A stretch of DNA of 64,000 bases from an uncultured Pelagibacteraceae bacterium (GCA_902603665.1 CACKVV010000001.1:21607-85606); one strand, 5' to 3'; shown: positions 53,806 through 63,658, counted from the stretch's first letter. Made by a program: numbers and translations. Notes: a model not told the origin generated them from the letters alone.

Positions 53806-54630
53806 ATGGAATTTGATGCTTTTAGAATGGACGGTTTGGGTAATGATTTTGTCATTATTGATCAAAGAAAAAGATCAGTAAGTCTTACTAAGGATCAAAT
53901 TATAAAAATTTGTGATCGTAATTTTTTAGGATGTGATCAATTAATTTTTATACAAAATAGCACTATATCAAATGCTTCAATGCAATTTTATAATTCAGAT
54001 GGGAGTACATCAGGAGCATGTGGTAATGGAACAAGATGTGTTGCATATTTGATTTCGGAAGAGGTGAAAAATAAAAACATAAGTTTAAATGTTGATAATC
54101 AAATACTTAATTCTAAAATTTTAGATAGTAAACAGGTTGAAACAATAATAGGAAAGCCAAAACTGAATTGGAAGGATATCCCGATTAATAGAGAATTGAA
54201 TACAAGAAATTTAGAGTTAACCATTTCAGATGTTGACAATAATAAAATTACTGGAGGTGTAGGTATCAATGTTGGTAATCCCCATGTAATTTTTTTTGTA
54301 AATGATGTTGAGTTATTTGACTTAAAAAAAATTGGTCCGCAAATAGAGAATAATGAAATATTTCCAGAAAAATGCAATGTTACATTGGCTCAGAAAATAA
54401 GTAATGAACATATAAAAATAAAGGTTTGGGAGAGGGGTGCTGGACTAACAAAAGCTTGTGGTACAGCTGCATGTGCAACAGCTGTTGCTGCTAATATTGA
54501 TGAATTGGAAAATACAGTCACTGAGATAGAATTTAAACTAGGGAGATTACAAATAAAAATTGATCAAGATAAGTTTATACATATGAAAGGTCCTGTTTCG
54601 GAGATACAAAAAATAACAATTAAACTTTAA
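53806..54630 (+). CDS. dapF: Diaminopimelate epimerase
   Basis: GLGNDF, CGNG.RC, GNPH and ERGAG.T.ACGT. Confidence 0.96.
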   Translation: MEFDAFRMDGLGNDFVIIDQRKRSVSLTKDQIIKICDRNFLGCDQLIFIQNSTISNASMQFYNSDGSTSGACGNGTRCVAYLISEEVKNKNISLNVDNQILNSKILDSKQVETIIGKPKLNWKDIPINRELNTRNLELTISDVDNNKITGGVGINVGNPHVIFFVNDVELFDLKKIGPQIENNEIFPEKCNVTLAQKISNEHIKIKVWERGAGLTKACGTAACATAVAANIDELENTVTEIEFKLGRLQIKIDQDKFIHMKGPVSEIQKITIKL

Positions 54631-55547
54631 TGGGAATTTTTGAAAAATTTAAAATCGGATTTAAAAAAAGTGCCGATAATATTTCTTCTGGTCTAAGAGA
54701 AATAATAATTAAAAAAGAAATAGACGACAAAACATTAGATGAAATTGAGGAATTCTTAATTAGCTCAGATGTAGGAATTGATGCTTCTTCAGAAATAAAA
54801 GAAATAATAGCACAAAAAAAAATTGATCCAAAAAATAATGCTGTAAATGAAATTAATAAAATACTTGAAGAATATATTATCAATCTTATGGAACCACTCG
54901 AAAAAAAAAACTTTTTTGAAAAAAAAGAGAATTTGAATATTATTTTAATTTCAGGTGTTAATGGTGTGGGCAAAACCACAACGATTGGGAAAATTGGAAA
55001 AATTTTTATTGAAAATCAGAATAAAGTTATATTTTCTGCATGTGATACTTTTAGAGCTGCAGCAATTGAACAGCTAGAGGAGTGGTCAAATCGAGTTGGG
55101 GCTACGATTATAAAATCAAACGCTGGTTCTGATCCAGCTTCAGTTGCATTTAAAGCTGTTGAATATGCTAAGCAAAATAATATCAATCAAGTTTTAATAG
55201 ATACTGCCGGAAGACTACAGAATAAAAAAAATCTTATGGAAGAATTTAAAAAAATAGGAAATGTAGTTAAAAAAAGTTCTGAGGGCGCACCGCACGAGGT
55301 AATACTTATTTTAGATGCAACATCAGGTCAAAATATTATTAATCAATTAGAGGAATTTAATAAAATTATTCCAGTTTCAGGATTAATAATGACAAAATTA
55401 GATGGTACTGCAAAAGGAGGAATTCTAATTGCACTTTCAAAAAAATATAAAATACCAATTGTTGGACTTGGTTTAGGTGAAAAAGAAGATGATTTGCAAG
55501 TTTTTAATGCAAAACAATTCGCGAGTGCATTTACTCAAAAGATGTAA
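54630..55547 (+). CDS. ftsY: SRP receptor FtsY (NG domain only)
   Basis: GVNGVGKTT, DTFRAAA, DTAGR and TKLDGTAKGG. Confidence 0.97.
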   Translation: MGIFEKFKIGFKKSADNISSGLREIIIKKEIDDKTLDEIEEFLISSDVGIDASSEIKEIIAQKKIDPKNNAVNEINKILEEYIINLMEPLEKKNFFEKKENLNIILISGVNGVGKTTTIGKIGKIFIENQNKVIFSACDTFRAAAIEQLEEWSNRVGATIIKSNAGSDPASVAFKAVEYAKQNNINQVLIDTAGRLQNKKNLMEEFKKIGNVVKKSSEGAPHEVILILDATSGQNIINQLEEFNKIIPVSGLIMTKLDGTAKGGILIALSKKYKIPIVGLGLGEKEDDLQVFNAKQFASAFTQKM

Positions 55548-56085
55548 TTAAGTTTTTTGAAATCAGTGGCTTGTAAATATTACATTCAAAGTTTGTTTTC
55601 AAATCTCTATAGCCACAGTTTTTTGCGAAACTTGAGACAATAAATTCTAATTTTCCGTTTGATTTTGCAGTAGACAAATGTTTGTTTGAAATACTGAATT
55701 TAAGATTTTTAAAAAAATTTTTTGATGCGCTTACTAATATCAATGTATCATTATCATTTAACAAATAATATGCAAAGTCCTCAGGGAACATTGGATATTC
55801 AAAATTGTTTGTAATTTTTTTTACTCTTTTTGGAAACCACTCATAAGAGATAAGAGGATAATCTTTCTTAGTTTTATGGTCATGAATATAAAGGTCTTGG
55901 GGATAATCATTGAGATAATTTCTATGCTCTCCTTTTGCAATTATAGCCTTTTCTCTAGTCTTAAAATAAAGAGTGAATTTTTTATCATAAGACTCCATTA
56001 GACCAATGTGAAAATATTTATTTATTTTTTCTGCATAAGCATTATTGAAAAAAATAAAAAATAGAAAAATTATAATTTTTTTCAT
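55531..56085 (-). CDS. Hypothetical exported protein
   Basis: MKKIIIFLFFIFFNNAYA signal peptide. No recognisable family. Confidence 0.7.
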   Translation of the reverse strand: MKKIIIFLFFIFFNNAYAEKINKYFHIGLMESYDKKFTLYFKTREKAIIAKGEHRNYLNDYPQDLYIHDHKTKKDYPLISYEWFPKRVKKITNNFEYPMFPEDFAYYLLNDNDTLILVSASKNFFKNLKFSISNKHLSTAKSNGKLEFIVSSFAKNCGYRDLKTNFECNIYKPLISKNLITSFE

Positions 56086-56133
56086 TATAATTTTTAACTA
56101 AAGAAAAAGATAATGCTTTGGTTAAATTGTGTT

Positions 56134-56952
56134 CTAATTTAAGCTGGAAATAAATTTTTTAATTGTATTTATTAAATTTTCATTAAAATTCATCATATGA
56201 TCGTCATTATCACTGAAAAAATTGTATTTAACACCATCAAATTTTTTGTACATTTCTTCACCCATACTAAAAGGAACAATTTTATCCTCTCTTCCGTGCA
56301 TTATTAGAATAGGTGAATTTATTTTTGATATTTTTTCAATGGACTTATATTTGTCCTTTAAAATTAATTTAGCTGGCAAATATGGGTAATATTTTTTAGC
56401 TAGGATTTCCATTGAAGTAAAAGGTGACTCTAATATTAAACCAGAAAAACTATTAGAGCTTGCAAGATCTACAGCAATTGCTGTTCCAAGAGATTCTCCA
56501 TATAATATAATTGAACTGTCCTCTACACCGTTTGAATTAAGCCATTTCTTCACAGACCTCGCATCTTCATAAAGTCCTTGCTCAGTCGGTTTGCCTTTAT
56601 TTCCACTGAAACCTCTATAAGCAAATATTAAATAATTAATATCTAACTTAGAAAATTCATTAAGTTTATAAATTCTATTATCTATTTTTCCTGCATTACC
56701 GTGAAAAAAAAGAATAGTTTTAAAGTTTTTATTTTTTACAAATCTCCAAGCTACAAGTTTATTTTCAGACTGAATATATACTTTTTCTATTTTATGATTT
56801 AGCGATCCTTCATCTAAGTAGTTATTTTCGCCTGGATGATAAAGTAACTTTCTTTGGTAAAAATATACTACAAGCGAGACCCCAAAATAAATTACAAAAA
56901 TATAAAATAATATTTTAAAAAAAATCATTTTATGCTTTTTGTTCATTATCAA
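56134..56952 (-). CDS. Membrane-anchored alpha/beta hydrolase (ABHD13/BEM46-like)
   Basis: N-terminal TM segment, FFHGNAG, YRGF, GESLG, HG.ED and catalytic His. Confidence 0.9.
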   Translation of the reverse strand: MIMNKKHKMIFFKILFYIFVIYFGVSLVVYFYQRKLLYHPGENNYLDEGSLNHKIEKVYIQSENKLVAWRFVKNKNFKTILFFHGNAGKIDNRIYKLNEFSKLDINYLIFAYRGFSGNKGKPTEQGLYEDARSVKKWLNSNGVEDSSIILYGESLGTAIAVDLASSNSFSGLILESPFTSMEILAKKYYPYLPAKLILKDKYKSIEKISKINSPILIMHGREDKIVPFSMGEEMYKKFDGVKYNFFSDNDDHMMNFNENLINTIKKFISSLN

Positions 56953-57835
56953 CTTTTCTTTTAACTAAATATATTCCAAAAAATACTAAGACGGTTCCAA
57001 GATAATGGTAGTTTTCTAAATTTTCATCGAATAAAAATATTCCATAAAATGCCCCATAAACAGTGAATAAATATAATGTAAATCCAGTTACAGACGCTCC
57101 TAATTTTTGTTGCGTTAAAGTATAAAGTACAAATGCAATAATTCCTGGTGAAATTGCTGCAAACGATACCCAAAAATAAAAATTTAAGTCAAATTGAGTT
57201 TGTGCAAAATATATTTCTTCTAATAAGTAGAAAGGTAACAAGCTAATGATACCGCCAAGTGAGATAATAGTAAACCTTGGAAAAACATCTAAATCAGACT
57301 TCCAGTAAAATAAGAAAATTGAATATAATGCCCAACCAATTGCAGCCCCCAACATCCATAAGTCACCTTGATTAAAAGTTAAATTGAATAAAAGCAAAAT
57401 ATCACCTTTGATTATAATAATAAGAACTCCGACTAAACAGGAAACTAAACCAAAAATTTTTAGTTTATTGATTTTTTCACCAAAAAATAAAGAGGAAATT
57501 ATAATAATAAAAATTGGAGAAGAGGTATAAATAATTCCCATATTAATTATCGTAGTTGTTTTTCCAGCTATAAAAGGGAAGGCGCCACATACACCACAGC
57601 CCATTGAGCCTAAAAATAAAAGTTTCCAGATTTCTTTTTTTATGATCCTAATTTCTCTTTTAATAGAAAAAAAAGTAAAAGATAACAGAATTAAAAAAAC
57701 AAAAAACCACCTCCAAAATGCTAATGAAATTGGAGGTATAAACTCAACACCCCCACGAGCAACTATTAAGTTGCTTGCCATAAAAATTGGTTGAATAAAA
57801 AGTAATAGATAAGGAAAAAGATTTTGTTTGTTCAT
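56930..57835 (-). CDS. DMT/EamA family transporter
   Basis: About 10 TM segments, P..LAFWR, SP.F, and GD.......GWA.Y motifs. Confidence 0.9.
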   Translation of the reverse strand: MNKQNLFPYLLLFIQPIFMASNLIVARGGVEFIPPISLAFWRWFFVFLILLSFTFFSIKREIRIIKKEIWKLLFLGSMGCGVCGAFPFIAGKTTTIINMGIIYTSSPIFIIIISSLFFGEKINKLKIFGLVSCLVGVLIIIIKGDILLLFNLTFNQGDLWMLGAAIGWALYSIFLFYWKSDLDVFPRFTIISLGGIISLLPFYLLEEIYFAQTQFDLNFYFWVSFAAISPGIIAFVLYTLTQQKLGASVTGFTLYLFTVYGAFYGIFLFDENLENYHYLGTVLVFFGIYLVKRKVDNEQKA

Positions 57836-57892
57836 CTTTATTTTTTATAGCTTAATTTTTATTTTTAAGAAGATATGTTTAGATTGAAAGAT

Positions 57893-58069
57893 TTATTGCT
57901 TGTCAAAAAAAGCTTCGTAAATCATCATTATAATTGCTGCACCCATAAAGATATATACAGGTAATACGTCTAAAAAAGTTATCATCATAGATCTAGTTAG
58001 AGTAGTAGCTAAGCCAACTAAAAAGAATAGAGCAAACGAAATTCCAATAACTGTTGTTAATTTATTCAT
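57893..58069 (-). CDS. Small two-TM membrane protein (58 aa; not in ORF track)
   Basis: ATG 58069 to TAA 57893: MNKLTTVIGISFALFFLVGLATTLTRSMMITFLDVLPVYIFMGAAIIMMIYEAFFDKQ. Starts 2 nt after the amidase stop and fills an otherwise large gap. Confidence 0.75.
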   Translation of the reverse strand: MNKLTTVIGISFALFFLVGLATTLTRSMMITFLDVLPVYIFMGAAIIMMIYEAFFDKQ

Positions 58070-58071
58070 AT

Positions 58072-59400
58072 TTAATCTTTACATTCCTTCTCTAGCCATC
58101 TAGCAACTCCTAAAAATCTGTGATCATCATATTTATCACCGATTAATTGAACGCCCAATGGTAATTTATTTTCACCTTTAAGTAAAGGAAGAGAAATACA
58201 AGGCGTACCAAGAAAAGACCAAACCTTATTAAATTCTGCAGTACCTGTGCTTTTTAATCCTTTAGGTGCGACCCCTGGACTGGACGGCATTAGCACCCCA
58301 TGGTAATCCTCAAAAACTTCTTTATAAGACTCATAACTTTGTTTCCTAAAATCAATAGCCTCTGCATATTCTTTTGCAGAGTATTTATTTCCTCTAGAAA
58401 TTGCATCTTGCATGTATTTAGACAATTTAGATTTAAACTTTTTATAATAAATTGAAAAATTGTTTGCTAAGTCTGTTTCGTGTATTACTTGATGATATTT
58501 ATGTATATCTTTAAAGTAAGAAGGAGTATCAAAAACTTCAATATTTTTAAAAGACTTAATAAAATATTCAAAAGCATCTCTGGATTTTTTTTCAATCATC
58601 TTCCAGTGATTTGTTTTATAAAATATAAATTTTGGTTCAAATAATGGGCCTTTTTTTGTCTCTGCTAGAATATTCTCTGATGAATAATATATTGAAGCTG
58701 GATCCTGTTTGTCTTTCTTAATTAAAGCTTTAGCCAATAAAGCAACGTCTTCTACATTTCTTCCAAACATACCAATATGATCTAAAGTTTGAGAGGTTCT
58801 TAAAACACCATTTCTTGATATTAAGCCATAAGTTGGTTTATAGCCTACTACACCACAGTAAGAAGCAGGTCTTATTACTGATCCACCTGTTTGAGATCCA
58901 ATTGAAAGGGGTGCCATGTATGATGCAACTGATGCAGCTGATCCACTCGAGGAACCACCTGGTGTTCTAGAATAATCATGTGGGTTCGTAGTTTTTGGAG
59001 GTCCAAGAAAAGCTAATTCTGAAGTTGCAGTTTTGCCCATCACAATAGCTCCTTCCGAAATCAGTAAATCAATAATTTCTGCATTTTGTGAGTAAGATTT
59101 GCCTTTTCTTATGCTTGTGCCACATTCAGTTGGCATCTCAACTGTTCCAATAATATCTTTAACAGCTACAGGTATACCATGTAGGAAGCCAATTGGTTTA
59201 CCTGATCTTCTGTAGTCGTCTGCCTCTTTAGCTTTCTCTAATAAAATTTTTTTATCAAAAAATGCCCAAGCTTTTACTTCTTTTTCAAATTTATCGATTC
59301 TTTCAATATATTTTTCGCATAATTCTACTGAGGTTAATTCTGAATTTTTTATTTTTAAAGCAAGGTTTTCTACACTCTGTGAAAATATTTCATTCATCAA
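58072..59400 (-). CDS. Amidase-signature family amidase (malonamidase-E2-like)
   Basis: Ser-cisSer-Lys triad motifs VKD, PGGSSSGS and GSQTGGSVIRP. Confidence 0.9.
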   Translation of the reverse strand: MMNEIFSQSVENLALKIKNSELTSVELCEKYIERIDKFEKEVKAWAFFDKKILLEKAKEADDYRRSGKPIGFLHGIPVAVKDIIGTVEMPTECGTSIRKGKSYSQNAEIIDLLISEGAIVMGKTATSELAFLGPPKTTNPHDYSRTPGGSSSGSAASVASYMAPLSIGSQTGGSVIRPASYCGVVGYKPTYGLISRNGVLRTSQTLDHIGMFGRNVEDVALLAKALIKKDKQDPASIYYSSENILAETKKGPLFEPKFIFYKTNHWKMIEKKSRDAFEYFIKSFKNIEVFDTPSYFKDIHKYHQVIHETDLANNFSIYYKKFKSKLSKYMQDAISRGNKYSAKEYAEAIDFRKQSYESYKEVFEDYHGVLMPSSPGVAPKGLKSTGTAEFNKVWSFLGTPCISLPLLKGENKLPLGVQLIGDKYDDHRFLGVARWLEKECKD

Positions 59401-59408
59401 TTTCTTCT

Positions 59409-60770
59409 TTAATCAGCAAAAAGTACATCGGGAAGCCATAGAGCTATTCCTGGAAAAATGTACATCAATACCATTGCAAAAATCACTATCCCTAAAAAAG
59501 GCATAATACCTTTAAATATTTCCAACAATTCTACATTTTTTGTTTGTACGCCTTTCAGATAATATGCAGACATTGCCATGGGGGGTGTTAAGAAAGATGT
59601 TTGCAAGTTTAATGCAATCAACATAGCAAAGAAATACGGATTAACACCAAAAAATTCTACCAGTGGAAGGAATATAGGTACAAAAATAATTAGAATTTCT
59701 GTCCATTCTAAAGGCCATCCTAGAATAAAAATAATTATTTGAGTTATCACTAAAAACTGCCAAGGAGCTAAATTCATAGATTTAAAAAAGTGTTCAAAAA
59801 CTTCATGACCACCCAAATAAGAAAACACTGCTGCAAAAGTCCATGATCCAACAAACAACCACATTATCATTGCAGTTGTTTTTGCTGTAAGGAAAACAGA
59901 CTCTTTAAAACTTTTCCATTTTAAAGACTTATAAATTAAAGATAGGACTAAAGATCCAAGAGCTCCCACCGCTGCAGCCTCTGCAGGTGTTGCAAGACCT
60001 GCAAGAATAGTACCTAAAACTAATATTATCAAAGAAAATAATGGTACAAATGAAACTAAAACCTCTTTTAATATCACTGCTCTTGGTGGTATTTCCTCCT
60101 TTGGAGGCTTAGGTGCAATGGATGGATTAAAGTATGCCCTAGTTATTGCATAAATTATATAAAGCCCTGCCAACATTAGTCCAGGAAATATTGCTGCTGC
60201 AAATAATCTAAGAGGAGATAATTGAGCAATTACTGCATAAACTATAAGCATAATACTTGGAGGAATTAAAATACCTAAACAACCACCCGAACATATAACT
60301 CCCGATGCAAATTTTTTGTCATAACCTGCTCTTATCATTGCAGGCCATGCAAGTAGTCCCATTAATGTAACTACTGCACCTATAATTCCTGTGGCTGTAG
60401 AAAATAATGCACAAGTGACAAGAGCAGCTACAGCCATTGAGGCTGGCAAACCATGTGAAGCTAGTCTAATTGCATTAAATAATCTTGCTACAATTCCTGC
60501 TCTTTCAACAAGATAACCCATAAATAAAAATAAGGGGACGGCGGTAAGCACTGTGTTGTCCATTACAGAATATGTGTTTTGAACAAATAATTGGAATATC
60601 CTATTATCCAACAAATGATCCATTCTTGACGGATCATAATATGCAAAATAACCAAAACCAATTCCCATTGCCATTAAGGTAAAAGCAATTGGAAAACCTA
60701 AAAGTACTGCAAAGAGAAATATGCCCATCATTAAGATAGCTATTTCGGGATTTGTTAGACTAAATAACAT
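59409..60770 (-). CDS. TRAP transporter large permease (DctM)
   Basis: GFPIAF, AVPLF.FMG, G.LIPPSI, TPAEAAA and LTPP. Confidence 0.95.
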   Translation of the reverse strand: MLFSLTNPEIAILMMGIFLFAVLLGFPIAFTLMAMGIGFGYFAYYDPSRMDHLLDNRIFQLFVQNTYSVMDNTVLTAVPLFLFMGYLVERAGIVARLFNAIRLASHGLPASMAVAALVTCALFSTATGIIGAVVTLMGLLAWPAMIRAGYDKKFASGVICSGGCLGILIPPSIMLIVYAVIAQLSPLRLFAAAIFPGLMLAGLYIIYAITRAYFNPSIAPKPPKEEIPPRAVILKEVLVSFVPLFSLIILVLGTILAGLATPAEAAAVGALGSLVLSLIYKSLKWKSFKESVFLTAKTTAMIMWLFVGSWTFAAVFSYLGGHEVFEHFFKSMNLAPWQFLVITQIIIFILGWPLEWTEILIIFVPIFLPLVEFFGVNPYFFAMLIALNLQTSFLTPPMAMSAYYLKGVQTKNVELLEIFKGIMPFLGIVIFAMVLMYIFPGIALWLPDVLFAD

Positions 60771-61344
60771 CTTTTTGATCCTCGTCTTGAGTTGTTCTCA
60801 TTAAAATTTTTTCTGTCTCCTCGGCAACAACCATTCTTGCAGGCCAATGACCAGTTTGAATACAAATGATTGATCTGAATACCTCACTTATTCCTTGAAT
60901 GATTAATAATAAACCAGAAAGTGGTATCAAAGATTTTGCCATATAAATTTGAATTTGTGCTGGACTATTCCAACTAGTTTCTTTTATTTTCCAAGCCATA
61001 GATGCGTATTCATACCCATAAAATGCTAGAGCCAAAACACCTGGAAAGAAAAATACAAAATATAAAATTAGATCAATCCAACCTTGAGTTCTGGGTTTGA
61101 ACAATCGGTAAATTACATCACCTCTTACATGAGCCTCGGTCGACAAAGTATAAGCCCCTGCCATCATAAAAATGGCTCCATACATTTGAAGACTAAAATC
61201 AAAATTCCATAATGTGGGAGCATTAAATGCATATGCCATCACCACTTCATAACAAGTTCCAGCCATTAAAATTACAATACACCATGAGAATGCCTTACCC
61301 ATTGATGTACTTAATTGATCTGCAAACTTAATAAATGATCTCAT
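60760..61344 (-). CDS. TRAP transporter small permease (DctQ)
   Basis: Four TM segments, YEV...Y.FNAPT and HVRGD. Start ATG 61344; the track's longer start runs into the terminator. Confidence 0.92.
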   Translation of the reverse strand: MRSFIKFADQLSTSMGKAFSWCIVILMAGTCYEVVMAYAFNAPTLWNFDFSLQMYGAIFMMAGAYTLSTEAHVRGDVIYRLFKPRTQGWIDLILYFVFFFPGVLALAFYGYEYASMAWKIKETSWNSPAQIQIYMAKSLIPLSGLLLIIQGISEVFRSIICIQTGHWPARMVVAEETEKILMRTTQDEDQKDVI

Positions 61345-61366
61345 AAAAAACTGTCTAAGTAATAAC

Positions 61367-61399
61367 AAAAAGGGGGCTAAAAAGCCCCCCTTTTTTTTT
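61367..61399 (-). terminator. Intrinsic terminator/stabilising hairpin between dctP and dctQ
   Basis: Minus strand A9-G-GGGGGCU-UUUU-AGCCCCC-UUUUU. 7-bp GC-rich stem with U-tracts on both strands. Confidence 0.85.
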
Positions 61400-61417
61400 C
61401 TAATTTATTAAAAATTA

Positions 61418-62575
61418 TTAGATTTTTACTTTTGCTATTGGACCAAACTCATTTTCGTAAGCAAGTTTGTAATTAGGCTGATTCATCAGCAAGTACTTCA
61501 TTACTCTCTTGGCATACGCTTTTTGTGAGTCTATGATTTTCTTGAAGAATGGATCTTTTCCAGAAAAGTCACCGACTACTTTGTCCCAACCTTTTAACTG
61601 CTCAGAAAGAATTGCATCTGAAGTTTGATATACATTTACTTTATGCTCATTCATTAACTTAGATAAGTCAGCTGAATATCTTACTAAAGCTTTAAAGTAG
61701 TTATCAGTGTTCGCAGCATAAGCAGCATTTTTCAATATTGCTTGATGTGCAGGCGAAAGGTTGTTGTATGATTTTTTGTTAATAGGAATTTCAAACATCT
61801 CCTGAGATTGGTGGAAACTACCTAAGTGATAATGCTTAGATACATCCTGCATACCAAATTGAGAGTCTGAAGTTGGGTTGTTAAACTCAGCTGCATCAAT
61901 CAAACCAGTTTTCATTGCTGGTTGGATTTCTCCACCTGGTAACTGTCTAACTACCATTCCCATTGCAGTAAGAACGTTAGTTGCAAGACCAACTGTTCTG
62001 TACTTCATTCCTTTTACATCGGATACTTTAGTTACATTCTTTTTAAACCATCCGAATGGTTGAGCTGGCATAGGCATATGAAAGAAACCAACATAGTCAA
62101 AACCAACTTTTGCTAAAGTTTCTTCGTATAGAGCTCTTCCTCCACCATATTCCATCCATCCCATTACCTCTTGTGATGACATGCCGTATGATGGTCCAGT
62201 TCCAAACAATGAAGCCGCAGGGTTTTTTCCATACCAATATGCAGTCACCCAGTGACCCATATCAAGTACTCCTGAACTTACAGCTTGTCCAATTTCGGAA
62301 GTTTTAACAACTGCTCCAACTGGTTGTAAGTCAATTTTTAAAGTTCCGCCTGACATCTGGTCAACCATTTTCGCATAGTCTCCTGCCATTTCGAAAAAGA
62401 TATTTGCTCCGCTAGGCCAAGCTGCTTGCATTTTAAGAGTGGTATGACCACCTCCCAAAGCAAGATTAGGCATTGCTACCGCTGCTGTTGCCGCTGCACC
62501 AGTTGCAGCTGCCGTTTTAAAGAACTTACGTCTTGAAGGAATTTTACCCTTCAAAGGTTTTTTTTCTTTAACCAT
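61418..62575 (-). CDS. TRAP substrate-binding protein (TakP-like, 2-oxo/2-hydroxy-monocarboxylate type), Tat signal
   Basis: SRRKFFK twin-arginine signal, YWYGK, Q..GWF.K, conserved Arg in KYRTVG, and AAEF. Strong GAGGAG SD. Confidence 0.92.
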   Translation of the reverse strand: MVKEKKPLKGKIPSRRKFFKTAAATGAAATAAVAMPNLALGGGHTTLKMQAAWPSGANIFFEMAGDYAKMVDQMSGGTLKIDLQPVGAVVKTSEIGQAVSSGVLDMGHWVTAYWYGKNPAASLFGTGPSYGMSSQEVMGWMEYGGGRALYEETLAKVGFDYVGFFHMPMPAQPFGWFKKNVTKVSDVKGMKYRTVGLATNVLTAMGMVVRQLPGGEIQPAMKTGLIDAAEFNNPTSDSQFGMQDVSKHYHLGSFHQSQEMFEIPINKKSYNNLSPAHQAILKNAAYAANTDNYFKALVRYSADLSKLMNEHKVNVYQTSDAILSEQLKGWDKVVGDFSGKDPFFKKIIDSQKAYAKRVMKYLLMNQPNYKLAYENEFGPIAKVKI

Positions 62576-62703
62576 TTATTTCTCCTCTTTAAAGTTAATT
62601 AACTCTTAAGATTTAAACATGTAAAATTGCTAGAGTCATTCTAAAATCGATTACATTTATAAATTAAATACAATTTGAGATTGTATAATTAGGTCAAAAA
62701 GTC

Positions 62704-63657
62704 CTAATTTACTTTATTCTTACATTCTCCTGTTTTGAAAAATTCGTCAATGTTGTCAATCGCAAGATTAGCCATTGCAGTTCTTGTTTCTTTTGTTGCG
62801 CTTCCTAAATGGGGAAGGATAAAAGCGCTTTTATATTTCAGGTAACCTGGATTTAAATTTGGCTCATTTTTGTAGACATCTAAACCAACTGCATAGACTT
62901 TTCTTCTTTCAAGTGCATCTAACAAAGCTTCATCGTCTACAATATCTCCTCTTGCAACATTAGTGACAACTGCACCTTTTGGCAAATACTCAATAGTATC
63001 TTTATTAATCATATCAATTGTTTGTTTCGAGGCTGGACAACAAATAGATAAAACATCAGATACTGATAATAAACTTTTTAAATTATCATGGTAAACAGCA
63101 CCTTGTTCTTTTTCCTCAGCTAATTTTGATCGATTATGATAATGTATTATCATTCCTAAAGACTTTGCAATTTTTGCAATCTTTTGACCAATTCTTCCCA
63201 TACCTAATACTCCAAGTCTTGCACCAGTTAGTTGCTTTCCAATTAAATAATCTGCAGACCACTTCCAGTTGCTTTCTTTAGCAGATTCTATTCCCTCTGA
63301 TGCTCTTCTGCATGCTCCAAGTATTAGCAAGATACCAATTTCAGCTGTAGCATCTGTTAAAACGTCAGGTGTATTTGTAACCGCTATTCCTCTCGCCTTA
63401 GCTGCCTCCAAATCTATATTTCCAAAACCAACTGCAAAATTTGAAATAATTTTTATAGTTTCTGGCAATTTATTTATTGTTTCAGCATCAAGTTTATCTG
63501 TTAAAGAAGATAATATTCCATCTTTTCCTTCACTCATTTCAATTAATTTTTTTTGCGAATATAATTCGTCATTTAAGTTTAAATTAGCATCAAAACTTTT
63601 TAATGCTTTATCTTCACAAGATCTTAGTAATTTTCTTGTTACTAGAATTTTTTTCAT
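62704..63657 (-). CDS. D-2-hydroxyacid dehydrogenase (glyoxylate/hydroxypyruvate reductase, GyaR/GhrB-like)
   Basis: NTPDVLT.ATAE, GMGRIG, N.ARG, DV..NEP and PHLGSAT. Confidence 0.92.
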   Translation of the reverse strand: MKKILVTRKLLRSCEDKALKSFDANLNLNDELYSQKKLIEMSEGKDGILSSLTDKLDAETINKLPETIKIISNFAVGFGNIDLEAAKARGIAVTNTPDVLTDATAEIGILLILGACRRASEGIESAKESNWKWSADYLIGKQLTGARLGVLGMGRIGQKIAKIAKSLGMIIHYHNRSKLAEEKEQGAVYHDNLKSLLSVSDVLSICCPASKQTIDMINKDTIEYLPKGAVVTNVARGDIVDDEALLDALERRKVYAVGLDVYKNEPNLNPGYLKYKSAFILPHLGSATKETRTAMANLAIDNIDEFFKTGECKNKVN

Positions 63658-63658
63658 A

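Noticed and set aside
58072-59400. Amidase as GatA
   Set aside because: No gatB or gatC adjacent, GatA-specific motifs (EFAMGS, DTGGSIRQP) are absent, and the protein is shorter.
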